Virus record (IMG/VR): IMGVR_UViG_3300037400_003531
Span: 5,532-69,531 of that record
From: a virus
Taxonomy: Duplodnaviria; Caudoviricetes
Length of the DNA stretch: 64,000 nt
Direction: 5' to 3' (one strand)
Below the pieces are notes generated by a model. It made no database searches. It had not been told where the DNA came from and saw only the letters and a program-made list of their open reading frames with translations. This document shows positions 7,835 through 17,364 of this stretch, in pieces. The number at the start of each line of letters is the position of its first letter. Within the stretch, counting starts at the first letter, position 1. The translations under genes and the position numbers were made by a program.

Positions 7835-10237
7835 TTACTTTTGGCTAGTTTTCTGAGGTTTCATTCGTGCAATTTGTTTTTTTACATCGTTATTGTCACT
7901 ATTCATCCTCTCTTGTGATGCTATCTTTTCTTTCTCTAAATCCATTTCCCGATTGAATTTCTCCATTTCGTTCCTAAGTTTTTCGTTCTCTATAGAGTTA
8001 TCTCCATTTGCCTCCTTTTGCAAAGACTGCAATTCGATTGAATTTTGTGCAGTAATCTGAGCAACCAATATCTTTGTCTCGTTGTCTCTGATATTGTTTT
8101 GCTCTTCTAGCCTCAACTTTTGCTGTTCAAGCTGCATCTTCATCTGAATTTCCATCTGCTGTGTCTGCAATTGTTGCTGTTGGGCCTGTTGGGCTTCCTG
8201 ACGCATTCTAGCTTCTTCTCGTTTCAGCAATTTAATCTTTTCGGAAATGGATGTCATACGCTTTAGTTCCATATAAGCACTAGCAGAAAGCAGATTGTTC
8301 TGCATCTTCGCTTGTGCCAAAAGGTCAATACTCTGTTGCATTGATTGAACGTCATAACCATTCATCAGCACCATGCCAAGATCAAGTTCGGATACTTCGT
8401 TTCCATCCAACATGACATGTCTGATTGAACCATCAGAAAGAATATAGGGGAATTTCTTCGTTTTCCCTCTCATCGCAATCTTCGCCGTTTCTAGAAACAC
8501 CCATTCAACACGAATCTTTAAATCATCATGTTTTGAACTCATGGAATAAGTAACATTACTACTCTGGGCAACGGCTCTTTCGACACCTCCTACAGTCTCT
8601 CTATTTTTTACCGAACCCATTCGCTGAGGCGTTAGGCCCAACATCTTTTCCATACTCGCATCTATGTTCATTAAAAGCTGAACATAATTGAGGATGCTAG
8701 AACCTAACTCTGCATCTGCAGTCAAAGGTGTGTTAGCAACACCGCCTGCGAGTTTACCTTTAGCAGCACCTATGGATCCTTCTTTCATCGAATCTATGGC
8801 AAATATACCGAGCTTTAAGAAGTAAGCCCATTTCTCAACTTCCCAACCAGCCGGCACTCGGGCAAAATCCACTACGGTCAATTTGCCATAGTTGCGTGCA
8901 ATAAGCTCATTCAGTTTTGCCATAACTACATCATATTGATATGACAATGGCTTTAGCTTGTCTACTGCACTCATACCTTCGTAGTCGTTATTGTTATAGA
9001 TAGTGCCGACAAAACCAAAGTGACACTTTGAGGGATTTCCCAATCTGTTATATTGTACTTGGCATGGTCCTACGTCCACAAAGATAGCATCCTTACCGGC
9101 TCCAATCATCACACCATGCCATGCTTCGTTTTTCCAATACTTTTTTACTGTCTCTCCCGCGTCTTCATCAGGTATATAACCAGGAGTCCTAAACTTCACC
9201 TGCTTATTTCCATCTTCATCATAGTAATGTACCGCTAATACTTGGGACATCGATTTCCAAAAGACTTCCAAAACCCTGATGCCGCTCCCTATATCATAAG
9301 GTAGCTCGCTTATGTCTGTATCATCATCAAATTTAAAATAACCCTGAGAGTCCACAAAGGTCGGATTATCTCCATAACGGAAATGATAATAGTCTTCACT
9401 GACATAAAGATTATTCCCTTCAAACTCTCCTCGAATAAGCCTATCGAATTTTCTGTAATCGGCATCGCTCATTTGGTCTCCCCATATATCTAAAATGTTA
9501 TTAGCCGACATATATCTTTCGCGAACAACATAAGGATAGTCCTCGATTCGGTTACTCTTACTCCCCCAAAAAGATAGTTCTTGTAGATTGACTCTTTCTA
9601 CTTTTGGTTCACCACATTCTATATAGCAATAATAGCATTCTGTCTTGGCTACAAGGGCATCCATGTATCCCTCGTTAAACATAGCAGGGAAATTATATTC
9701 TGTCTTATAATGGTTCAACAATTCATTGAGATTCTTTTCCCTAAGGTCTTGATAGTCATAATTGAATGTCAAATCAAACTCCTGCAACCGCATCTGGCGT
9801 TCCTCTTCGCTCATAGTTTCATCGACAATATCTGCCTGCAGTCTGTTCTTGATTTCTTGTATCTTTGCTTCCTCTATTTCGGATATGGCAGATGGATTAC
9901 TTATGACAACCCTGTCCTCAATTATACTATTGCGCTCTTCTCCAAGTAATATGTCAATCTTGGAATTAAGAATTGGATAATGTTGTATCTTTTGCGTTTC
10001 AACACCGTAGTCTATTCCTTCGGGGTTTAGGATTTGTTCCACATCACGCATGTCTAGCTTACCACCAAAAAGTCGGTAGTTGCGTCGAATATTGATCTTA
10101 TTCATCCTGACCGAAGAATTCGACAAAACACTAACGTTCTCAGCATACCTGATGCAGTCTTCACGCCATTTCTTTGTTTTCTTCGAATTAGGTATGCGCT
10201 GTGGTGGGAATTCCTTTATTTTATTATCTTCTGACAT
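7835..10237 (-). CDS. Portal protein
   Basis: 800 aa; PPQRIPNSKKTKKW start, HYPILNSKIDILLGEE, LGLTPQRMGSV.NRETVGGVERAVAQSS; follows terminase. Confidence 0.92.
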   Translation of the reverse strand: MSEDNKIKEFPPQRIPNSKKTKKWREDCIRYAENVSVLSNSSVRMNKINIRRNYRLFGGKLDMRDVEQILNPEGIDYGVETQKIQHYPILNSKIDILLGEERNSIIEDRVVISNPSAISEIEEAKIQEIKNRLQADIVDETMSEEERQMRLQEFDLTFNYDYQDLREKNLNELLNHYKTEYNFPAMFNEGYMDALVAKTECYYCYIECGEPKVERVNLQELSFWGSKSNRIEDYPYVVRERYMSANNILDIWGDQMSDADYRKFDRLIRGEFEGNNLYVSEDYYHFRYGDNPTFVDSQGYFKFDDDTDISELPYDIGSGIRVLEVFWKSMSQVLAVHYYDEDGNKQVKFRTPGYIPDEDAGETVKKYWKNEAWHGVMIGAGKDAIFVDVGPCQVQYNRLGNPSKCHFGFVGTIYNNNDYEGMSAVDKLKPLSYQYDVVMAKLNELIARNYGKLTVVDFARVPAGWEVEKWAYFLKLGIFAIDSMKEGSIGAAKGKLAGGVANTPLTADAELGSSILNYVQLLMNIDASMEKMLGLTPQRMGSVKNRETVGGVERAVAQSSNVTYSMSSKHDDLKIRVEWVFLETAKIAMRGKTKKFPYILSDGSIRHVMLDGNEVSELDLGMVLMNGYDVQSMQQSIDLLAQAKMQNNLLSASAYMELKRMTSISEKIKLLKREEARMRQEAQQAQQQQLQTQQMEIQMKMQLEQQKLRLEEQNNIRDNETKILVAQITAQNSIELQSLQKEANGDNSIENEKLRNEMEKFNREMDLEKEKIASQERMNSDNNDVKKQIARMKPQKTSQK

Positions 10238-10255
10238 CTTCTATCTTTTTTCTAT

Positions 10256-10309
10256 TGCAAAAATAGAAAGAAAATGTATGTCATGGCTCTATTAAAAGGC
10301 TGAGCCTTT
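10256..10309 (-). promoter_or_regulatory. Boxed (putative late) promoter 2, for portal
   Basis: -7 box at 10256-10265; dyad aaaggctgagccttt at 10295-10309; 29-nt gap. Confidence 0.8.
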
Positions 10310-12608
10310 AATTGGTATCTCTGGGGAAAACACCTCCATAGGTTACAGACCTACGTTTGTCATATAGGTTCGTAAAAAATTTACTGTTTCCAAGATAGTT
10401 TTTATCTGCAATAAGGTCCTGTCCGTCATTTATCTTGTCTTCACCCATTTCCATATATTGTTCCCGAGCTATCATCACCATTCCTAACGCACTTATTCTA
10501 TCCACATTTGCCTTGTCATAATAGCCTATTAGTTCTTCCAGTAATGCAGGACTGTCTATAGTATATAACAAAGGTTTATTTACAACCTGAATATTACCAT
10601 TATCATCTATGACAGATATGTCTTGTGGTGTGAGAAGCCAGTCATGAATCAGCTTAATCTGTACATCGACGATGGGTTTGGTCCGACGTACTCCCTTAAC
10701 GGTGACACCTACACCATTATAATGTACTTTGTCTTGTTGTTTCAACCATTCAGGACAGTCATAGAGTAAATAGGTACAGTTATATTGTTTAAAATAGTTA
10801 TACATTCCGTGGATATTGTTCTCATAGAGACATCTGGCATTATAGTAATAGCAAAGCAGTCTGACGATTTCATAGTTCTGATCAGAAAATTCCTTACGTC
10901 CGGTATATTCTGCTACAATAGTGTTTGTCATGCGGTCGAATACCAATACACTAAACAAAGATGCACTTACACCCTCTTCCTGGTCCACAGGATCCACGCC
11001 AATTATATACCTATCTTCAATTATCTTACCAGTACGTGGTGATTTTTGTGGCATTTCAAATATCTCTAACGCTCCCTCGATATTTTCATCACTCTTATTC
11101 TCCTTGCTCCTATTCCAATGGCGTAGAGGTATATCATGGGTCGGCTTAAAAACAACTTCTCCGTCATCTTTCATAACAAGTTCCCCTATCAAATGACGGT
11201 TCAGTTCCTCAGGGTGCGTGTTAAGCCATGTCAGCCGTTCGTTCAATGCCGTCGTGGGGAAGTATGCCTTACGGCTTTGAATCATAGCCTCTGCAGGGTC
11301 TATGGGGTCTTCTGCTATTGCATGCAAGAGGGCGAATGCCTCTCCAGATTCATAGGCTTTGTAACGGGCTAGCATAATCTGTAGTAAGGCCTTAGTGACA
11401 TCACTGATACCGTCTTTATTATAACAGCCCAGACGATTCAAAAAAGCTGGTGTGAATAAGCCAAATTCATCACGACCTTTGTTCTGCTCATCATAGACAT
11501 TGGGGAGACTATAAATGGAATGTTCTTTGGGTTTATAGAGTAAGGTCTTGGCACTTTCAAAGTTGCTCTCCTTATTGTTAGCAGTACCAATAAGATAGAT
11601 TAATCCGATACTGTAGTCACCTTCCGACGCACCACGCAGATTAGCATTGTAGGTCTCATAAAGATTCGGGAAGTTACCCATTTCCTCATACATGAACCAG
11701 CCTCGTTTGCCTCGAAGCTTGTCTGAGTCGTCAGCCACACTTGTCCCGAATACAATATTGCTCTCTCCGTCTTCACCACCACCTGTATCCTTGTAACCTT
11801 TCTTCCAAGCCATTTCATTACCGCTCTGGCTTGTCATCAGTCGGGGAAACTCAGTATTCTTACGCAGGAACGCCAATTCGTCCACGAATTTCTTCAATGT
11901 TCCGTCTTTCTTTGTGTCAAGATAGGTCTTGTCCGAAGCAATGAATCCTCCCACCGTCCCCTTTCTCTGTTCGGAATCAATACCTAATATAAGATTGTGG
12001 GCCAGAATGGATGCTATAGAGTAACTTTTTCCGCTACCACGTTTTGATAATTCTATCGCATTAAGAGCGGCTTCCAATGCATATTCAATATAACGGTAGC
12101 GGTAATGTGCTAGTTCGAAAAAACTTGGAAAGTCATAAATACGTTTCGCCCTCTTTGAACCTTCTGTTGTCTTTGAGACTAGCATCCGGTAAAAGTTCAG
12201 ATAGAAGTATTCAAGACCTGTCACATAGGCACCATCTTCGGGCCTAACCATTCCGTCCCAACACCGCCGTATCTCTTGCTGCCAGAACCGCCTATATTCC
12301 GAATTGGGATTTGGATTCCGTTTAATGAATGTATAGCAGTTATTCTTGCGATAAAAGTCCGCTGTCTGCGTGAAATAGCTTACATCGGTGAGGATATACG
12401 GATTGGTAAGGTCTAATATTGCCCTTCCTTTTTCGTCTTTCTCACAGTCTTTGGCCAATGGCCTGTCTTTTGAAATTAGCCTCTGAATAAAGACATGGTT
12501 CGTTATGGCATCATCGAGCCATTGTACTACAATATCGGGTAGTTTTTGTAGTAGTTCGTTAGTGTATTTTGTCTGATACTTGTTTAATTGTAATGCTGTA
12601 AGGTCCAT
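10308..12608 (-). CDS. terL: Terminase large subunit
   Basis: Walker A LSKRGSGKSY, Walker B FMYEEMG, GTA motif, nuclease YIIGVDPVD, ANVDRISALGM; 766 aa is typical crAss-like length. Confidence 0.95.
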   Translation of the reverse strand: MDLTALQLNKYQTKYTNELLQKLPDIVVQWLDDAITNHVFIQRLISKDRPLAKDCEKDEKGRAILDLTNPYILTDVSYFTQTADFYRKNNCYTFIKRNPNPNSEYRRFWQQEIRRCWDGMVRPEDGAYVTGLEYFYLNFYRMLVSKTTEGSKRAKRIYDFPSFFELAHYRYRYIEYALEAALNAIELSKRGSGKSYSIASILAHNLILGIDSEQRKGTVGGFIASDKTYLDTKKDGTLKKFVDELAFLRKNTEFPRLMTSQSGNEMAWKKGYKDTGGGEDGESNIVFGTSVADDSDKLRGKRGWFMYEEMGNFPNLYETYNANLRGASEGDYSIGLIYLIGTANNKESNFESAKTLLYKPKEHSIYSLPNVYDEQNKGRDEFGLFTPAFLNRLGCYNKDGISDVTKALLQIMLARYKAYESGEAFALLHAIAEDPIDPAEAMIQSRKAYFPTTALNERLTWLNTHPEELNRHLIGELVMKDDGEVVFKPTHDIPLRHWNRSKENKSDENIEGALEIFEMPQKSPRTGKIIEDRYIIGVDPVDQEEGVSASLFSVLVFDRMTNTIVAEYTGRKEFSDQNYEIVRLLCYYYNARCLYENNIHGMYNYFKQYNCTYLLYDCPEWLKQQDKVHYNGVGVTVKGVRRTKPIVDVQIKLIHDWLLTPQDISVIDDNGNIQVVNKPLLYTIDSPALLEELIGYYDKANVDRISALGMVMIAREQYMEMGEDKINDGQDLIADKNYLGNSKFFTNLYDKRRSVTYGGVFPRDTN

Positions 12609-13159
12609 TATACTTCATCCAAATTCTCAAACATTCCCTTTTCTTGTGTTCCTCGTATCTTTTCTTCGTGCTGCAAGTCGGTAAATATGGTTTTCTCTGT
12701 TTCTGTATATTGTTTGATGGCTTTGTTGTATGTCTCTATCAACTGGGTGGACTGATTCAATGGATTGATGAAACGGCCATCCTTGTTGGTCGCTCCTGGA
12801 TTAATATTCAGCATAAGCTCCTCCAATTTGTTGATATAAACCTGCTCTGAGGCTAGCCATTTTGCCTGCACCGGCAGTTTCTCTTTGTAAAAATCCTGAG
12901 CCGCTCTTATCTTTTCATCCGGCTTCCATCCTTTAGGCAAACCCTCATCTTTGATTATCTCAGATGAACGCTGCTCTGGGTCCGTAATGGCAAGATAGTC
13001 ACTCCTTGGGTCTTCCATCAGATATATGTACGATATTTCCATCCGGGCCATACGTTTATCTTTATTCTTATCACGTTCCCAGATGTCACGAAAAACTGAA
13101 AGACTCAAAGCTTCAGGTGCTATCTTGACCTCATAATCTTCGTATGTCAGTAGTTTCAT
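12608..13159 (-). CDS. Conserved crAss-like protein upstream of terL (terminase small subunit candidate)
   Basis: MKLLTYEDYEVKIAPEAL..RDKNKDK..YIYLMEDPRSDY; stop abuts the terL start. Start moved to ATG 13159 because the longer ORF runs through a terminator. Confidence 0.7.
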   Translation of the reverse strand: MKLLTYEDYEVKIAPEALSLSVFRDIWERDKNKDKRMARMEISYIYLMEDPRSDYLAITDPEQRSSEIIKDEGLPKGWKPDEKIRAAQDFYKEKLPVQAKWLASEQVYINKLEELMLNINPGATNKDGRFINPLNQSTQLIETYNKAIKQYTETEKTIFTDLQHEEKIRGTQEKGMFENLDEV

Positions 13160-13172
13160 AATAAACCATTTT

Positions 13173-13203
13173 AAAAAAGGGCCACGTTTCACAACATGAC
13201 CCC
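13173..13203 (-). terminator. Intrinsic terminator upstream of the terminase genes
   Basis: GGGTCATG-TTGTGAAA-CGTGGCCC (8 bp including G-U pairs) followed by T6. Confidence 0.55.
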
Positions 13204-13214
13204 AAAAAAAACTA

Positions 13215-13628
13215 TTATTTTTCTATGGGTTCAAAGCCAAACAAAACATCGTTGTCAAAAATAAGAAACCTTTCTTCTCCATTTTCTTTAACCACAGGAT
13301 AGCGAATGCTTATCCCAGGTGTATTCAAATGAGAGGCTCGCGCTAATGGGTCTAGGCCAGCCAACGACTGATTCTTTCTCAAATAGGCATCAGAATATTC
13401 AATATATCGACCATTCGAGAAGTCAATTTCGATCCAGTCGCCTGGCTTCACAAATCGGACTGTCGGACCAACAGAAATAACCTGTTGCTGATGGCTGTAA
13501 TCACCTTTCTTTTTTGTAATATCTACTACGCCAGGAACAGCCGTCTGGTCTTCTTCGTACTTATAGGCTGTCGTTACTATTTGATTGTACGTTGGTACGA
13601 TTTTTTTGTATTCTTTTCTTCTTTGCAT
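13215..13628 (-). CDS. GroES/Cpn10-like co-chaperonin
   Basis: QQQVISVGPTVRFVKPGDWIEI...ERFLIFDNDVLF matches the GroES pattern. Confidence 0.65.
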   Translation of the reverse strand: MQRRKEYKKIVPTYNQIVTTAYKYEEDQTAVPGVVDITKKKGDYSHQQQVISVGPTVRFVKPGDWIEIDFSNGRYIEYSDAYLRKNQSLAGLDPLARASHLNTPGISIRYPVVKENGEERFLIFDNDVLFGFEPIEK

Positions 13629-13866
13629 TTTGTGTGAACTTTTGAAATTTTACATTTACATATATATTACAGATGTGTGGGATAATTAGGCATTTGGGTT
13701 TCTCTCCCTTTGGCAACAGATATTTTACATTGAATACCATCTGCCGCTTTATACAAGCCATAAGATTTCTATACATCATATGGATCAAGTCCGGTTTACA
13801 GCCGTACTTTTCCGCCAGCTCATTTACTAAATCCAACGGCAAAGTTATTTTTCCTCTGTACCGCAT
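13561..13866 (-). CDS. HU/IHF-like small basic protein
   Basis: LVNELAEKYGCKPDLI...LIIPHICNIYV; basic; crAss-like synteny. Confidence 0.5.
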   Translation of the reverse strand: MRYRGKITLPLDLVNELAEKYGCKPDLIHMMYRNLMACIKRQMVFNVKYLLPKGEKPKCLIIPHICNIYVNVKFQKFTQNAKKKRIQKNRTNVQSNSNDSL

Positions 13867-14327
13867 AAAAACTGTACTGCCATTTCAGAAATAACATTCC
13901 GAGGATTCTTTGGAGCTATCATCGGTCGAAATTTCGGATTGATGCTATAGAAATCTAACTTCCCATTATCAAAATTGTTTCGTTTTAATACGTGTTCCGG
14001 ATTCTCCTCCATATCACGTAGTAACTCATACATACGTTGGGAGGTAATTCCGAGGGCTATACGTATCTTATAACGACCACTTTCGTTAGTGGATAGCTGG
14101 TCTAATATGTCGTCATCTTTCAGATTTTTGGTGACAGAAAGCTCATGCCGGTTCTTCATCATCATGGCCAAAACGTCCATCTGCCTACTCGTAAGGATAT
14201 GGTGTTGACGACCACTTGGAAAATCTATATCGTCTCCTTTTTCCTTGTTGACTTTGAGGCAGATGATTTCAAGCCAGTACCGATAGAACTGGAACATGTC
14301 ATCACACCTTATCTGCCGAACTTTCAT
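13845..14327 (-). CDS. Winged-HTH putative transcription regulator
   Basis: HILTSRQMDVLAMMMK...KIRIALGITSQRMYELLRDM...YSINPKF. Confidence 0.55.
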   Translation of the reverse strand: MKVRQIRCDDMFQFYRYWLEIICLKVNKEKGDDIDFPSGRQHHILTSRQMDVLAMMMKNRHELSVTKNLKDDDILDQLSTNESGRYKIRIALGITSQRMYELLRDMEENPEHVLKRNNFDNGKLDFYSINPKFRPMIAPKNPRNVISEMAVQFLCGTEEK

Positions 14328-14330
14328 GAC

Positions 14331-14621
14331 CTACTGCTTAGAGTCCGAATCGTTAACCTGTCCTCGATTACCTTCCTTATACAATCCTTGTGGGTCATAG
14401 CCATTAACGAGATACATGATTTCGTTTCTCACCAACCTCAGGAATTCCTCATCAAAAATACAATGGCTTTCCTCTATGCTCAACAGCAACTTGATCCTGC
14501 TGTCAATACTCAATAAAGTCTTAAGCCGCTGATTTTCCTGAAAAAGGCCTTGCATCTGAATCCGCATTCTTTCTATCATCTCCTTGTCAGATAGATTTGC
14601 TGTTTCTTGCTGTTTCTCCAT
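14331..14621 (-). CDS. Hypothetical coiled-coil protein
   Basis: 96-aa ORF with AGGAG upstream. Confidence 0.7.
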   Translation of the reverse strand: MEKQQETANLSDKEMIERMRIQMQGLFQENQRLKTLLSIDSRIKLLLSIEESHCIFDEEFLRLVRNEIMYLVNGYDPQGLYKEGNRGQVNDSDSKQ

Positions 14622-14630
14622 AATTATCTC

Positions 14631-14963
14631 CTATTTTAATTGTTGTTTCAACGTTAGCTTTTCTGATTCTTTGTTCCGGATATACCGTCTGATATTCTCT
14701 TCCTCTCTCGTCTCATCATTCACATGGGTCATAATCTCTCTCCACCCCATCCCTTTCGGTAGATTAATGTATTTCCCGAGTCCATACTTCCTCTGGAATT
14801 TCAAATCCCAGTTGGCTATTGTTAGATGCTCAGTCTCCGAACTGCCACAATAAGGACATATGTTCATCGTCTTACCGTCCAACTCTATTTGCTGTGGGTT
14901 CTCTAGACATAGACAGCAAGCGCAGCATTCTACCAATATTCTATCATATTTCTCGTCAGCCAT
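14631..14963 (-). CDS. Zn-ribbon protein of a type common in crAss-like phages
   Basis: CCACCLCL...CPYCGS...WDLKFQRKYG. Confidence 0.7.
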   Translation of the reverse strand: MADEKYDRILVECCACCLCLENPQQIELDGKTMNICPYCGSSETEHLTIANWDLKFQRKYGLGKYINLPKGMGWREIMTHVNDETREEENIRRYIRNKESEKLTLKQQLK

Positions 14964-14977
14964 GATCGACTATATTT

Positions 14978-15026
14978 GTGTGGGTGGTGGACTCTAACCA
15001 CCGATTTAACAATTTGCCCTTCCCAC
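14978..15026 (-). ncRNA. tRNA-fragment-like (acceptor plus T-arm) leader element
   Basis: GTGGG...GGTGG-TTAGAGT-CCACC-A-CCCAC; starts about 6 nt after the predicted +1. Confidence 0.35.
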
Positions 15027-15036
15027 TTTTTCCGTT

Positions 15037-15046
15037 TGCAAAAATA
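15037..15046 (-). promoter_or_regulatory. Host sigma-type promoter (-7 TATTTTTGCA), no dyad box
   Basis: Consensus match; upstream TCGATTTTTATTTG is near-identical to that of the 19775 promoter. Confidence 0.7.
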
Positions 15047-15107
15047 CAAATAAAAATCGACTTGTTTGGTTTTTGTAATAAAATATTCAACTTTTCTATG
15101 ATATTTA

Positions 15108-15551
15108 TTATTTTTTAACCATGTTTTTCAAATCCAATTGGTAAAACTTCGTACATATAATCACAGCCTCTTTCGAGTCATTTCGGTCCGTGTAATCATA
15201 TAATGCTTCTTGCTTGCCCTCTTTATCTAATACCCAACCAAGGCCCAATATTTGGTCGAACTTTACTGTGCCAAGCAATTTACCATCTTGGTCAGCTAAA
15301 ACATCGTCTTCAAATATCTTTACTCCACGTTGCATTGTGCCGTCCGTTTTTATTATACATGCAGTCTGCCCCGTATACTGACCTACCGTTTCTGGTTCTA
15401 CTTCATAGTCTTCCCAGGTCTTACCTATAGCAAATTCATCCGCACATACAAAATGTACACCTCTGTTCTTTATATAATATCCATAGATCCAGCACTTGTT
15501 TTTTTTATTCCATCCTCGGAATAGTATTTCACGTTTTAATTCCTTATCCAT
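15108..15551 (-). CDS. YopX family protein
   Basis: REILFRGWNKKNKCWIYGYY...VEPETVGQYTG...KIFEDD. Confidence 0.85.
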   Translation of the reverse strand: MDKELKREILFRGWNKKNKCWIYGYYIKNRGVHFVCADEFAIGKTWEDYEVEPETVGQYTGQTACIIKTDGTMQRGVKIFEDDVLADQDGKLLGTVKFDQILGLGWVLDKEGKQEALYDYTDRNDSKEAVIICTKFYQLDLKNMVKK

Positions 15552-15912
15552 TGCTCTCTTTTTTTAATTGTTCGATTCTATCTTTGATAAACCATACGGC
15601 TTTCTCCAAATCCTCAATCTCTTTCTCTCTGTCTGACAGACCTTCTTCCTTTTTTAGCCCGGCCCTCCATAAGTACTTGATGGCAGACCCTATGGCAAAA
15701 CAATAATGGCGCGTGATTTCAATGCATTCAACACCTGATGGATGCGAGGTGTAATAACTAGGATGATTCACATTGTCAATTGAAATCGTTTCAAAACTTT
15801 CAGACTCTTTACTCATATTCTTTCTTTTTAAACAAACTTTATCATTCTGATGTTCAATGACATCTTGTGTCAATGCTGGCTGATTTTTCTTTTCATTTTT
15901 GAATATACTCAT
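15544..15912 (-). CDS. DUF3310 family protein
   Basis: DNVNHPSYY..GVECIEI..FAIGSAIKYLWRAGLK..EDLEKAVWFI. Confidence 0.85.
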   Translation of the reverse strand: MSIFKNEKKNQPALTQDVIEHQNDKVCLKRKNMSKESESFETISIDNVNHPSYYTSHPSGVECIEITRHYCFAIGSAIKYLWRAGLKKEEGLSDREKEIEDLEKAVWFIKDRIEQLKKESNG

Positions 15913-15915
15913 AGT

Positions 15916-16320
15916 TTATAATGTTTGAGTTATGTCTTGTGTGTTTGGTTTGTAGGGGACTTTCTCGCCCGTAGGCGTGATGTGTGTGTCGCGTTGGATG
16001 ATACCGAGAAAGACGAGCGAAAAGCCGTTGGGTGTCGCTTGGCTTTGCTGAACGATACCCTTAACACCACGCCAGCGGAGTTTGCCTTTCGTTATCTCTC
16101 CCTTGATAGGCGGGTCGAGGTAGTTATGGCAGATGGTTTCAAGTTGGCGGTTGAGCTGGTCGGATTGTTTTTGCATGGCTTGTCTTATTGTCTCTTCCGC
16201 TTGTTTAAATCTCTCTCCCATTTCTGCCATACACAACGGGGCGTAGAACGATTGCCTGAAAGTAGATGGCGAAGTGTTAGACATGATTTTGATTTGAGGT
16301 GTGATGTAGGGTTTTTTCAT
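15916..16320 (-). CDS. Hypothetical protein (GC-richer than flanks)
   Basis: 134-aa ORF packed in the operon. Confidence 0.7.
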   Translation of the reverse strand: MKKPYITPQIKIMSNTSPSTFRQSFYAPLCMAEMGERFKQAEETIRQAMQKQSDQLNRQLETICHNYLDPPIKGEITKGKLRWRGVKGIVQQSQATPNGFSLVFLGIIQRDTHITPTGEKVPYKPNTQDITQTL

Positions 16321-16322
16321 GG

Positions 16323-16901
16323 CTAATATTTCTTTCCTCCGGGCTTGTACGGACGGTGTTTGTTATATCTCATCTTCCACTCGATGTGTTGGTCGAGGTC
16401 GATGCCAAGTTGTTTAGCCCAAATATACATAAACGCAATACAACATAAAATTACTTGTTGAAAGTCATTTAATCCTAGTTTGACAAATAACCATGCGTTT
16501 TCACATAAAGAATATTCTGGTTTTGGAAAAAAATATAAGTTAAAAGGTTTTTTGCCATGAGACGAATCAAAACAATCAAACATCGCAGGTCCATATAATT
16601 CATAAGCCATGTCAAGCAAAAGTATCACGATGTCGGCAAATTCTTCATCTACTGTACCCTTTACATTGGTTTCATACCAGTATTGATAGTAAAACTTGTT
16701 GTCTTTTTTAGACGGTTCTGGCACTATGGCATTATAGTATTTCCCTTTTCTGTCGGCTTCAATCGCTTCGGCAACCTCACACATGACAAGAGCAAGCCAG
16801 TGTTCCGGCGAGTGCTTTTTTTCGTGCCACCCGTGGGCGGTGGCGTTATCGTGGATTTCTTTTGCCCAACGGTTCAGTTTTTCTGTGTCTATTCTATCCA
16901 T
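16323..16901 (-). CDS. MazG-like NTP pyrophosphohydrolase
   Basis: EIHDNATAHGW..LALVMCEVAEAIEADR..EEFADIVILLLD..DQHIEWKMRYNKHRPYK. Confidence 0.8.
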   Translation of the reverse strand: MDRIDTEKLNRWAKEIHDNATAHGWHEKKHSPEHWLALVMCEVAEAIEADRKGKYYNAIVPEPSKKDNKFYYQYWYETNVKGTVDEEFADIVILLLDMAYELYGPAMFDCFDSSHGKKPFNLYFFPKPEYSLCENAWLFVKLGLNDFQQVILCCIAFMYIWAKQLGIDLDQHIEWKMRYNKHRPYKPGGKKY

Positions 16902-16907
16902 AGCAAA

Positions 16908-17357
16908 TTATACATTGAATTGAAATTTTATATCATTCCTTTCTATACTGTCGTTCCATTCTGGAGTGTTTCTATTTTCAACTATAATTCCATGTGGGCT
17001 TATATATGCTTCTTTGTTCAGCATCTTCAAATCTACATTGAGGCTTTTCCATGAGATATTGTACAGAATATTGAAAAAGTATTTCTTATCTGTTTCATCT
17101 TTGCAGAGGTCATAATCTCTTTTATCAAACAGATTTTTTATGTATGAAGATTTAGTTCTGATTTCCAATTCCTTCCTTTCAGGCAACCTAGATACGCAAT
17201 CCATTATTGCCGCCAGTGCCATCGTGTTTAAAGATTTTGTTTGCACTGGGAACTCATTGACAATGCGCTTTTGGTTTCTAACAAAAAGAATGTATCTAAA
17301 CATAATTTCCTGTTCAAAATACCCAGGGAAAACTAATATATAATCAGGCGTATTCAT
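16908..17357 (-). CDS. RNase H-like fold protein, probably catalytically degenerate
   Basis: SLNTMALAAIMDCVSRL..LEIRTKSSYI aligns by eye to RNase HI TNNRMEL.A..AL..L..IYTDSQYV. Confidence 0.45.
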   Translation of the reverse strand: MNTPDYILVFPGYFEQEIMFRYILFVRNQKRIVNEFPVQTKSLNTMALAAIMDCVSRLPERKELEIRTKSSYIKNLFDKRDYDLCKDETDKKYFFNILYNISWKSLNVDLKMLNKEAYISPHGIIVENRNTPEWNDSIERNDIKFQFNV

Positions 17358-17364
17358 GATAATT

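Noticed and set aside
15080-15094. aaaatattcaacttt as a seventh dyad box
   Set aside because: It mismatches the core consensus and lies 33 nt, not 29 nt, from the -7 box.
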